DNA of 58,021 nucleotides from Anaerolineae bacterium (GCA_014360845.1 JACIWR010000001.1:1-58021), one strand, 5' to 3'; numbered from the stretch's first letter, positions 36,127 to 44,394 are shown. Numbers and translations are program-made. Notes: generated by a model not told the origin, from the letters alone.

Positions 36127-36759
36127 TTACTTAGCGCCGACCCATTGCTTGGCCAGGGATACTCCGGCCATAGCATCCCGCCCGTAGGCATCAGCGCCGG
36201 TATACGTCTTTACCTCCTCGGTGACCTGGCCACCGCCAATCATGATCTTGACCCCATCCCGCAGACCCGCTTCTTTGATGGCATCAACGGTCTCCTTCAT
36301 GGCGTCAAAAGCCAGGGTCAGGAAACCGCTCAAGCCGACCACCTGAGGCTGAAAATCACGAATGGCTTCCACAAACTTCTGCGGGGGCACATCCACACCC
36401 AGGTCCAGGACATCGAAGCCGTTGACGTCGAGCATGAAGGTGACGATGTTTTTGCCGATGTCGTGGATGTCCCCCTGGACGGTGCCGATGACCACCTTGC
36501 CATAGCGGGTGACCTCCGGCGCCTTGGCCAAAGCCGGCTTGACGATCTCCGTGATCTGGCCCAGCATCTCACCGGCCAGCATCAATTCGGGCAGGAAATA
36601 CGTGCCCTCCTCATAACGCTGACCGACGACGGCCATGGCCTCCCGGGCCGCGTCCAGGATCGTCATGGGATCTGAACCGCTTTCCACCATCTCTCTGACT
36701 ATTCTGAGAGCATCCTCTTCCCTCATGTCAGCGATGGCATTAACCAGTTCGTTTGACAT
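36127..36759 (-). CDS. Corrinoid (cobalamin-binding) protein, copy 2
   Basis: 210 aa. MSNELVNAIADMREEDAL, GDIHDIGKN and SGFLT. Confidence 0.85.
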   Translation of the reverse strand: MSNELVNAIADMREEDALRIVREMVESGSDPMTILDAAREAMAVVGQRYEEGTYFLPELMLAGEMLGQITEIVKPALAKAPEVTRYGKVVIGTVQGDIHDIGKNIVTFMLDVNGFDVLDLGVDVPPQKFVEAIRDFQPQVVGLSGFLTLAFDAMKETVDAIKEAGLRDGVKIMIGGGQVTEEVKTYTGADAYGRDAMAGVSLAKQWVGAK

Positions 36760-36828
36760 AGTTTCCCCCTTTCAAAGGATGTGATTAGATACCGACTCTC
36801 AAGTGACAAGATACTTCAAGCCAACGAA

Positions 36829-37030
36829 CCCAAGCCCCTCGCTCTCTCGCAGTACAACAGCGGGACAGCGAAAGGCGAAAGCCACACCCAAGCCCCTCAC
36901 TTCGTGAGGGGTTAATGACAGCTTCCTCCCCGGTGCAGCGGTGACGGCTCCCCCACCGCTGGCCGGGGGCTTCTTCACTTTACCGCACAGTGGTGAGTCT
37001 GTCCCGCAGTACAACGGCGGGACAGCGAAA
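36829..37030. repeat. Repeat mosaic: direct repeat cccaagcccctc (x2), hairpin CCCCTCAC-ttc-GTGAGGGG, and two cgcagtacaac(a/g)gcgggacagcgaaag units
   Basis: Read directly. The gtcccgcagt word recurs at 48269, 56561 and 56829 (reverse complement). Confidence 0.6.
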
Positions 37031-37036
37031 GACGGC

Positions 37037-37714
37037 TCACGTCTCTTCCGTCGTCCGTTTGAAATCCAGATAAGAGATGGTCTCCCCAGGCCGGGCGATG
37101 ACGAAATCCCCATCCCATGGCCCGTGGAGCATCTTTTTGATGAAAACATCGGAACCGGGGATCTCTTCGTAGCGCAACCCGAAGCGCTCTGCCGTGCGCC
37201 GGGTGTACTCGCGGTAACGCTCCAGCTCGTACTGACCGGTGTTGATCAGCGCCAGGCGGGTGTAGTGTTTGAGCATCTGGTTGATCAGCCGCCGGGCTTT
37301 TTCCTCGCCATACTGCTCCACCAGACTGTCGTATTCTTCGAAAGGACTATCTCCGGCCTCGATCCAGCCCTTGGTCAGATAGTAGGTGCCTGGCTCGGAG
37401 CGAGACTGGACCTTATAAGCTTCAGCAGAACCCAAGAAGAGGGCGATGCAGTCGTCAACGCGGGGGACGATCAGGGTGCAGTTATTGGCCTTGAGGCCCA
37501 CCACCGCCTGGGAGCACAGGCCATAGCCCAGGATAATGGTTTCGAAGGGGGGTGCAGAGGCGTCAATAGTTTCCTGTAAGGTCTGTTTCAAAGCTGCGGG
37601 GTTAACATGCAAGCCGAAATCGAGGACTTGATACTGCATGCCAGGCGGCATGTGAGGCAGCATCTCTTCAATCACAGTGGCACAAGCAATGACCTTCGTG
37701 CGCGAAGAAAGCAT
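37037..37714 (-). CDS. DUF1638 domain protein, copy 2 (first gene of second operon)
   Basis: 225 aa. About 25 substitutions over about 221 aligned residues versus copy 1 (hand alignment). Confidence 0.75.
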   Translation of the reverse strand: MLSSRTKVIACATVIEEMLPHMPPGMQYQVLDFGLHVNPAALKQTLQETIDASAPPFETIILGYGLCSQAVVGLKANNCTLIVPRVDDCIALFLGSAEAYKVQSRSEPGTYYLTKGWIEAGDSPFEEYDSLVEQYGEEKARRLINQMLKHYTRLALINTGQYELERYREYTRRTAERFGLRYEEIPGSDVFIKKMLHGPWDGDFVIARPGETISYLDFKRTTEET

Positions 37715-37905
37715 TTTAGGAAGACCTCTCTGTCTTTATGAGGTGATAAATGCTCTATCACAGGATCCAAACCATTCGCCACGGCCGCTTGGTGGCCAGT
37801 TTCGGTATAGCTTCCTGAGAAGCAGAGCGCGTGGAAAGTTGTGGGGATCGTTTCGATTTCTCGATTTTTTTCCGCGGTAATCGTCAAATGTGCTTGTTTT
37901 GCCAT

Positions 37906-37934
37906 ATTATACTATTATATATGTAAGTTGTCAA
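37906..37934 (-). promoter_or_regulatory. Consensus sigma70 promoter P2: TTGACA (37934..37929), 17 nt, TATAAT (37911..37906)
   Basis: 28 of 34 positions identical to the P1 region, with both hexamers and the spacing conserved. Confidence 0.7.
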
Positions 37935-37946
37935 GTGGGCTTGACA
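37929..37946. promoter_or_regulatory. Inverted repeat TGTCAAG-N4-CTTGACA formed by back-to-back -35 boxes of the divergent promoters
   Basis: Read directly. Confidence 0.5.
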
Positions 37947-37969
37947 TTTGGCCGCAGATGTTATATATT
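37941..37969 (+). promoter_or_regulatory. Candidate promoter of the GntR gene: TTGACA (37941..37946), 17 nt, TATATT (37964..37969)
   Basis: Read directly. The first in-frame ATG (37987) is 18 nt past the -10, which implies a very short leader. Confidence 0.6.
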
Positions 37970-37986
37970 ATACAATACTGATTCTG

Positions 37987-38781
37987 ATGATGAAATCAAT
38001 GACGCACAGGACCGACCAACGAGGTGAACCGGTGAGGCAAGACGTACCTGCCACCATAGATCGTAGCTCATACGAACCGGCTTACGCTCAACTCGCCAAC
38101 ATCCTGCGACGCCAGATCGCGGCCGGGATTTTCCGCCCCGGCGACCGCCTTCCCTCAGAAGCACAACTCTGCCGCCGCTATGGAGTCAGCCCCATGACCG
38201 TGCGCCGGGTCATCAACATCCTGGCGGAGCAGGGAGTTGTAGTTGCAGAGCAAGGCCGCGGCACTTTTGTCAAACCCCTGGAACTGGGAACCGCCGCCTT
38301 CAACCTGGAGGAGTTCCAGCGCATCTTCAGGGACGAAGAACAAACCAAGGTCACCCTGCTGGAGATTCGCATCGCCTCGGCCGATGAACGCATCGCCCAA
38401 AAGCTGGCCCTGGAGGTCGGACAGCGGACTATCTACATCAGGCGCTTAATCTCCCACCAGGAGGCCCCGGTTCTGTACCACCGCGAGTATCTTATCTACG
38501 ACCCCAAGCGTCCCATAGTCGAGGCGGAGCTGGAAGTGACCTCCTTGCGCGGCCTGTTCAACGGTGGCGGTGAGTCCACGCTAAAACGGGGCGAGTTGAC
38601 CATTGACGCCACAGTGCTCACCAAAGAAGAGGCGCAATTGCTACAAGCACCAGAGGCCACCGCCGCCCTGCGCCTGGAACACATCTTTTACGACTTTGAA
38701 GACCACCCCGTCAGTTGGGGATGGTTTATCTGCCCCAGCGATCGCCTGCGCCTCACCACCACAGTCGGTATCCAAGAATAG
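37987..38781 (+). CDS. GntR-family transcriptional regulator, HutC subfamily (wHTH plus UTRA effector domain)
   Basis: YAQLANILRRQIAAGIFRPGDRLPSEAQLCRRYGVSPMTVRRVINILAEQGVVVAEQGRGTFV. The start is uncertain (ATG at 37987, 37990 or 37999). The ORF-track start at 37948 lies inside the promoter. Confidence 0.85.
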   Translation: MMKSMTHRTDQRGEPVRQDVPATIDRSSYEPAYAQLANILRRQIAAGIFRPGDRLPSEAQLCRRYGVSPMTVRRVINILAEQGVVVAEQGRGTFVKPLELGTAAFNLEEFQRIFRDEEQTKVTLLEIRIASADERIAQKLALEVGQRTIYIRRLISHQEAPVLYHREYLIYDPKRPIVEAELEVTSLRGLFNGGGESTLKRGELTIDATVLTKEEAQLLQAPEATAALRLEHIFYDFEDHPVSWGWFICPSDRLRLTTTVGIQE

Positions 38782-38795
38782 GAGTCAACCCGTAC

Positions 38796-39449
38796 ATGAG
38801 CAGCACAGACCCCAAGGTTCAACTGATCAACGCCATCGCAGAGCTAAACGAAGATACAGCACTGGCCTTGGTGCGCGAACGCATATCCGCCGGCGATGAC
38901 CCTCTGCTTATCCTGGAAGATTGCCAGGAGGGCATGCGTCGTGTGGGCGAACGCTACGAACAGGGTCAGTATTATCTGGCCGGCCTGGTCATGGGGGGCG
39001 AGATCTTTCGCCAGGTGATGGCTCTGCTCCAACCCGTGGTGGAGAGTCAAATATCCGGTGAGGCGTCGGGGAAAATCCTGCTGGGTACAGTGCAAGGGGA
39101 CATCCACGATCTGGGGAAAAACATCGCCAACATGCTACTGAGTTGCCACAAATTCACGGTCTACGATCTGGGTGTGGATGTGCCGCCGGAGGAGTTTGCC
39201 CGGCGTGCGCAAGAGCTGCAACCGGACATAATAGGGCTCTCTGGCTTGCTGACCAGCTCCTACGACTCGATGCGCGAGACCGTGGCCTCGCTGCGAGCCG
39301 AAGGCTGTCAGGCCCCTATCATCATCGGTGGCGGCCAGCTCACCGAGCAAGTATGCCAGTATGTAGAAGCCGACTACTGGACCAACGACGCCGTGACCGC
39401 CGTGGAGCTGTGCCAGCGGCTGGTGGCGAAGCGGGCTTCCTCGGCGTAA
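38796..39449 (+). CDS. Corrinoid (cobalamin-binding) protein, copy 3, co-transcribed with the GntR regulator
   Basis: Start at MSSTDPKVQLINAIAELNED (ATG at 38796, AGGAG upstream). GDIHDLGKN, SGLLT and IIGGG. Confidence 0.8.
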   Translation: MSSTDPKVQLINAIAELNEDTALALVRERISAGDDPLLILEDCQEGMRRVGERYEQGQYYLAGLVMGGEIFRQVMALLQPVVESQISGEASGKILLGTVQGDIHDLGKNIANMLLSCHKFTVYDLGVDVPPEEFARRAQELQPDIIGLSGLLTSSYDSMRETVASLRAEGCQAPIIIGGGQLTEQVCQYVEADYWTNDAVTAVELCQRLVAKRASSA

Positions 39450-39452
39450 TGG

Positions 39453-39851
39453 TCACCGGCGATCTCGCCACCAGGTCACCAGGAAGAGCAATCCGGCCAC
39501 CAGAGGCGGCAACCCCAGAGTGAGCGCGGTCATCACCAGGTCGGCGGGAGGTATGTAAAACGTCAACGCCCGCACGATGAGCAGGGTCATCAAAATCATC
39601 CCATCGAGCAGGAGCCACACAGCGCCGACGGGCGGCCAGCGCCAGACCAGGGCCGCCCCTATCCATAAGGGAGCGACGAAGACGGCGAACTCCATAAGCC
39701 CGCCGACCAGTGCCGAAGTTTCTCCCCCAATAAGCCCGCTCACAAACTCAACCCCGGTGAACAGCGTCCAGAAACCGGCCGCCAGCAGCAGGACCACCCA
39801 CCCCAGGCGACGCCACCAGCGCCGCCAATGAGTTCGCCCTTCCCCTCCCAT
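39453..39851 (-). CDS. Hypothetical 4-TM membrane protein
   Basis: ATG at 39851 with GGGAGGA SD, 1 nt after the stop of the upstream hydrolase gene. Hydrophobic segments, no recognisable family. Confidence 0.45.
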   Translation of the reverse strand: MGGEGRTHWRRWWRRLGWVVLLLAAGFWTLFTGVEFVSGLIGGETSALVGGLMEFAVFVAPLWIGAALVWRWPPVGAVWLLLDGMILMTLLIVRALTFYIPPADLVMTALTLGLPPLVAGLLFLVTWWRDRR

Positions 39852-39852
39852 C

Positions 39853-41127
39853 CTATCCTCCCAGGTACTGAGCAAAGAAATCTATCGTGATGCGCAGGAG
39901 CAACTCCGACTCCTCGCCGGTGAAGTAGTGGGCCAGACCAGGCACCAGGTGCAGTTGGTGGGGTATCCCCCGCGCGGCCAGTTCCTCGGCCAGCAGTTCA
40001 CTATGGGAGTAGGACACGAAATCGTCCGCCAGGCCGTGGATTAGACATAGCGGCGGCAGCCCCTCCAGATGATAGCGCACCGAATAGCGAAAGTAAAGCT
40101 GCGGGGCGCGATGGGGCAGCCCCAGGCCCACGAGCACCTTATCGAACCCGTAGGCGGGGAGCAGAGTCCCCTCCTCAAACTGGCGGCGGATGAGGAAGCC
40201 ATCGGCCACGCCACCCAACACCAGCGCGGCGTTGATCTCCCCCTCCTGCTGCAGCAGGCGATAGACGTGTAGCGAGGTGAAACTCCCGCCCAGCACGCCG
40301 ATGCGCGTCGCATCGGCCCGTGTGGACAGTTGCCCCGCCCGCAGGGCCACCAGGGCAGCGCGCATGGAATCCACCTCGCCCTCGATGTCCATTCTCCGCG
40401 CCGGATGGACGGCCATGACCACGAAGCCCTGCGCCGCCAGGGGCACGGGCACAATCTCCCATTCCAACACCGGTCCGGGCAGGATGACCAGCAGTGTCGG
40501 CCAGGGCCCCTCCCCTACCAGTGGCTCGTACACATAGCCTTCGCCGACGACTACCTCGCCGTGCAAAAGACGATACTCCCGACGATGCGCTTGATATAAA
40601 TCGTCGCCCTCCTGATGCGCGGCTGCCTCTACCGGACCCAACTCCACCGCCTCGAAAAGCGGTACAGTTAGATCCTCCGCCAGCAAGGTCAAATTCACGC
40701 CCGTTACCTCTTTGCCGGGGCGGACCAGCACCGCGTTCAGGTGCAGAGGCGCTCGATAAACGGTGTCGGCGTAACCCCGGCACGCGGCTACGGGGCGATA
40801 GAACCCCGGTGGCAAGTCACCCAGGTGATAACGCCCCTTCTCATCGCTCTCGGTCACGAAAGTATCACCCAGCGGCGAGGCGACCAGCACCGTCGCCCCC
40901 GCCACCGGATGCCCGCTCTCGTCGTTCACCAGACCGCTCAAGCCACCGGGCGGGTAGCTCTGCGCCAGCGGATCGCCCCATAGTGCGTTCCCCCAACGGA
41001 TGAGGCGATATTCCGCCGTGTGCCAGAGTGCGGTCACCACCAGTGGATCGGCGGTCGCCACCCAAAGCACGACCAGCAAGCCCAAGCCCAGCGCGGCAAT
41101 CCCCAGTATCCGGCGCACTTTCACCAT
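39853..41127 (-). CDS. Membrane-anchored alpha/beta-hydrolase-fold protein with a carboxypeptidase-regulatory-like beta-sandwich domain
   Basis: Start at MVKVRRILGIAALGLGLL (GGAGGTG SD). GHPVAGATVLV..DEKGRYHLGDLPPGFY is CarboxypepD_reg-like. C-terminal hydrolase fold with atypical elbow GGSFT. Confidence 0.6.
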   Translation of the reverse strand: MVKVRRILGIAALGLGLLVVLWVATADPLVVTALWHTAEYRLIRWGNALWGDPLAQSYPPGGLSGLVNDESGHPVAGATVLVASPLGDTFVTESDEKGRYHLGDLPPGFYRPVAACRGYADTVYRAPLHLNAVLVRPGKEVTGVNLTLLAEDLTVPLFEAVELGPVEAAAHQEGDDLYQAHRREYRLLHGEVVVGEGYVYEPLVGEGPWPTLLVILPGPVLEWEIVPVPLAAQGFVVMAVHPARRMDIEGEVDSMRAALVALRAGQLSTRADATRIGVLGGSFTSLHVYRLLQQEGEINAALVLGGVADGFLIRRQFEEGTLLPAYGFDKVLVGLGLPHRAPQLYFRYSVRYHLEGLPPLCLIHGLADDFVSYSHSELLAEELAARGIPHQLHLVPGLAHYFTGEESELLLRITIDFFAQYLGG

Positions 41128-41276
41128 CGCCCACCTCCGCCCTGAAACGCCCACTGCCCCAACAACGCCACGCCGTCGAATTACCCACCGACGACGAGTA
41201 TACACCGAGGGGGCCAAAATGACAAAGGGCCTGTGAGCAGAGGATTTGCCGCCTCAGCCCCGCCATGAGACCGTTG

Positions 41277-41304
41277 TTGACAGTCCGGCCATAACGTGTA
41301 TACT
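41277..41304 (+). promoter_or_regulatory. Candidate promoter of the histidine kinase gene: TTGACA, 16 nt, TATACT
   Basis: Read directly, 34 nt upstream of the ATG at 41338. Confidence 0.55.
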
Positions 41305-41337
41305 ACCCGGTAGAAACAAGAGACCACGGAGCTGCTT

Positions 41338-42588
41338 ATGAACCGCGAGGCCCCTCCCCTCATACCCGGCGGCATTGACCGCATACTGCTGATATTGCGC
41401 TGGTTGGCGCTGGTGTTGGCCATCGGGCTGTCTTTCATTGACCGCTCGATGGAGGGGGTGTTTGTCGGCATTTTCCCGTTGGTGGGCGGCATAGCTGCCT
41501 ACAACCTGGCCATCCTGTTCCTGCCGCGCTTCCTCCCCTGGCTACGACAACCCTTCAACGTGCTGGCCCTGGACGTCTTGGTGAGCACATTGGCCGTGTA
41601 CCTCAATGGCGGCTACCATAGCGCGTTCTTTATCCTGTACGTCTTCGTCTTGATCAGCGCGGCTTTCCGCCTCAGCGTCATGTCCAGCCTGCTGCTGGCC
41701 AACCTGGCCGCTTTCCTGTACCTCGCCGCCTGTCTGCTCAACCCGGCTCGTCTGAGCACGATTGAAGCGACCTACATCACCGGCACCAAATTGACGTTGC
41801 TGCTCATCGTCGCCCTGCTCTCCTCCCTGCTCCTGGAACAACTCCGCCGCGAACGAGAGGAGACCGCCCGCGAGCGAGCTCTGGCCGAGGCACAGGCCAC
41901 CTTCGTCTCGGCCGTGTCTCACGAACTACGCACCCCCCTGACCTGCATCAAGACCTCCATTGAGCTGCTGCAGGCCACCGAAGCCCAGGACGCCGACGCG
42001 AGCCGCCACGAACTGATTCAAACCATCACCAATCACGTGGCACGGCTGGAATCGCTGGTCAACGACCTGCTGCAGGTCACTCGCCTGGAGGCCGAGCAGG
42101 TGGTGCTCACGCCCCAGCCCACCGACATGGCCCTGTTCCTGAAGCGAGTAGCGCGTTCATTTACCCCTTTGCTGGTGCGCAAATCTCAGCACCTGGAACT
42201 GGACGTGTCCCCAGGACTGCCCCGGGTCTGGGTAGACCGCAAACAAATCGAGCAGGTCATCAGCAATCTGCTTTCTAACGCCATCAAGTTCACCCCCCAG
42301 GGCGGTCACATCCGGCTGGCCCTGCGCGGTGACAAGGACACCCTGGTCATCTCGGTAAGAGACGATGGGCCAGGCATCCCGCTGGAAGAGCAGCCACACA
42401 TCTTTGAGAAGTTTTACGTGGGGCATCAGCAGAAAGCAACGGGCGGGGTTGGAGTGGGGCTAGGATTGTACATCGCGCGCCGTTTGGTGGAATTGCACGG
42501 CGGACGCATCTCGGTGAACAGCACGCCGGGGCAGGGTGCTACTTTCACCTTCACCTTGCCGCTGGGGAGAAAAGTATCCAGGCTGTGA
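41338..42588 (+). CDS. Sensor histidine kinase (multi-TM N-terminus, HisKA, HATPase_c)
   Basis: H-box FVSAVSHELRTPL, N-box LSNAIKFT, G-boxes DDGPGI and GVGLGLYI. Confidence 0.85.
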   Translation: MNREAPPLIPGGIDRILLILRWLALVLAIGLSFIDRSMEGVFVGIFPLVGGIAAYNLAILFLPRFLPWLRQPFNVLALDVLVSTLAVYLNGGYHSAFFILYVFVLISAAFRLSVMSSLLLANLAAFLYLAACLLNPARLSTIEATYITGTKLTLLLIVALLSSLLLEQLRREREETARERALAEAQATFVSAVSHELRTPLTCIKTSIELLQATEAQDADASRHELIQTITNHVARLESLVNDLLQVTRLEAEQVVLTPQPTDMALFLKRVARSFTPLLVRKSQHLELDVSPGLPRVWVDRKQIEQVISNLLSNAIKFTPQGGHIRLALRGDKDTLVISVRDDGPGIPLEEQPHIFEKFYVGHQQKATGGVGVGLGLYIARRLVELHGGRISVNSTPGQGATFTFTLPLGRKVSRL

Positions 42589-42644
42589 AATAAAGTGACC
42601 ACCGATGAGGTTCGATAATTCGCCAGACCCCAGCTTAAGATTTA

Positions 42645-42700
42645 GTAGCGGCGGACGGCTCTGTCCGCCCACAAAAGCGGCCACGGCGGGCCGCCGCTAC
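42645..42700 (+). repeat. Structured repeat family R4, copy 3 (56-nt core) in the leader of the response regulator gene. Flanked by 18-nt direct repeat AATTCGCCAGAC(C/T)CCAGC (42617..42634 and 42719..42736)
   Basis: GTAGCGGCGGACGGCTCTGTCCGCCCACAAAAGCGGCCACGGCGGGCCGCCGCTAC. Confidence 0.75.
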
Positions 42701-42758
42701 GATTATCGCGTCTACTGAAATTCGCCAGACTCCAGCAAGAAACAAATCAGGAGCAATC

Positions 42759-43445
42759 ATGAAACTGTTGATCGTGGATGAGGAACCAGATGTGGTGAAA
42801 GTGGTGCGTGCGGCCTTCCGTGCCCAAGAGCCCAGTTGGGAAGTGCTGGACGCGAGCAGCGGGCCAGAGGCGTTACAGATGATCGAAAGCGAAAAGCCCG
42901 ACCTGGTGCTTCTAGATGTGGCTTTGCCGGGCATGGACGGCTTCAGCGTACTACGCGAACTGCGCCGCTTCTCCGACGTGCCGGTGATCATGCTCACCGT
43001 GCGCGACGACGAGGTCAGCAAGGTCACGGGGTTGGAATTGGGAGCCGACGACTACGTCACCAAACCCTTTGGCTACCTGGAGCTGGTCGCGCGCGTGCGG
43101 GCCGTGCTGCGCCGGGCCGAAGGGTTACCCCTGAGCTACGAAGAACCCTTCGTGTGCGGCGATGTGCGGGTTGATTTCAGCACCCGGCAGGTCACGGTCA
43201 AAGGACAGGCGGTAGAGCTGACCAACACCGAGTACCGGCTGCTATATCACCTGGTGCGCAACGCCGGCCGGCCGATGAGTCACGAGGCATTGCTGGCCCG
43301 CGTCTGGGGTCACGAATACACCGACGAGATAAACTATCTCAAGGTATACATCAGCCGCCTACGGGCCAAACTCGAACCCGATCCCCAACATCCCCAGTAC
43401 ATCCTCACCGAGTACGGATTTGGCTATAGGTTTCGTGCTCCTTGA
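42759..43445 (+). CDS. OmpR/PhoB-family response regulator
   Basis: Receiver domain (LIVDEEPD..DLVLLDVALPGMDG) plus winged-helix C-terminus (TNTEYRLLYHL..LKVYISRLRAKLE..GFGYRF). Confidence 0.9.
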   Translation: MKLLIVDEEPDVVKVVRAAFRAQEPSWEVLDASSGPEALQMIESEKPDLVLLDVALPGMDGFSVLRELRRFSDVPVIMLTVRDDEVSKVTGLELGADDYVTKPFGYLELVARVRAVLRRAEGLPLSYEEPFVCGDVRVDFSTRQVTVKGQAVELTNTEYRLLYHLVRNAGRPMSHEALLARVWGHEYTDEINYLKVYISRLRAKLEPDPQHPQYILTEYGFGYRFRAP

Positions 43446-44394
43446 GCCTCGTAGCCTGCCGGGGGTTGAGCGCGACCCCAGCGTAGAAGCCATCGTCAGC
43501 GTAGCCCAGGGCCGCATCAAAGAAATTGACCACCTCCGGCAACCGCTCTTCTAAGGCGCGAGTGCGAATCGAATCGTGAGTCTCGCCCTCGACCAGCCAC
43601 AAAGTGCTGGGTTGCCCGGCGGCAGTGAGCATCTGCTGCGCGTGGCTGAGGGGGATGTGTCCATCGTCCGTGCCATACATCAGCAATAAGGGACGCGGGG
43701 CAATGAGTCCTACCACATCCACCGCACAAGCCTCGGTGCGCGAGAACCCCTTGTGCCATTCCACCAGGCGCAATGTCCAATCCAGCACGAAAGGGGGCAA
43801 CAACGCCGGGCGGTTCGCCGTCCACACCTCCGCCACAGAAGCAAAGGGAGCGACCGCCACCACCGCGCCGATGTCCTGATTGCGCGCCGCGCTCAGAATC
43901 ACACTGACCGCGCCCACCGAATAGCCGATGGCCCCCACTTTGCGCACGCCGCGCTCCTCGCGTAGGAAGCGCACGGCGCTATCCACATCCCGACTCTCCC
44001 CCACACCATACGTCAGCCCGCGACCATCCCCCTCACTTTGACCAAAGCCTCGATAGCTGAAAAGCAAAACGTGATAGCCGGCCTGGTGCAGGGTTGGAAC
44101 GAGCGATAGGCCAGAGCGCTGATCGCGCCCGGAGCCGTGCGCATACAAGATGGCCGGCGCGTCCCGGCTGGAGGCCGGGGCAGGAATAAACCAGCCGCGC
44201 AGCAGCCGCCCATCCTCAGCGGGGAAAACCACTTCCTCGAAAGGGAGTCCCAACTCCGTCAGGGGGTTGACATCCTGGGCGGGGAAAGCGGGGGGTCTGG
44301 TAGCCCATCTTTCGGCGATAAGGGGAGCGCTGGCCAGCAGCAACGCCCCGCCCGCCAGAGTCACGGTCAACACCTTCAACGCCCGCAAAAACAT
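43405..44394 (-). CDS. Alpha/beta hydrolase (membrane-anchored or secreted)
   Basis: Start tentatively at MFLRALKVLTVTLAGGALLL. HGSGRD, nucleophile elbow GYSVGA, late D and H residues. Its 3' end overlaps the convergent regulator gene by 41 nt. Confidence 0.7.
   Translation of the reverse strand: MFLRALKVLTVTLAGGALLLASAPLIAERWATRPPAFPAQDVNPLTELGLPFEEVVFPAEDGRLLRGWFIPAPASSRDAPAILYAHGSGRDQRSGLSLVPTLHQAGYHVLLFSYRGFGQSEGDGRGLTYGVGESRDVDSAVRFLREERGVRKVGAIGYSVGAVSVILSAARNQDIGAVVAVAPFASVAEVWTANRPALLPPFVLDWTLRLVEWHKGFSRTEACAVDVVGLIAPRPLLLMYGTDDGHIPLSHAQQMLTAAGQPSTLWLVEGETHDSIRTRALEERLPEVVNFFDAALGYADDGFYAGVALNPRQATRLKEHETYSQIRTR

Noticed and set aside
37672-37905. 77-aa minus-strand ORF inside the operon-2 leader
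   Set aside because: Its start codon lies within the predicted -10 box, so it would be upstream of the transcription start. It has no SD and no recognisable family.
43405-43445. 41-nt overlap of the convergent response regulator and hydrolase genes
   Set aside because: Convergent 3' overlaps are common in compact high-GC genomes. Nothing points to a regulatory function.
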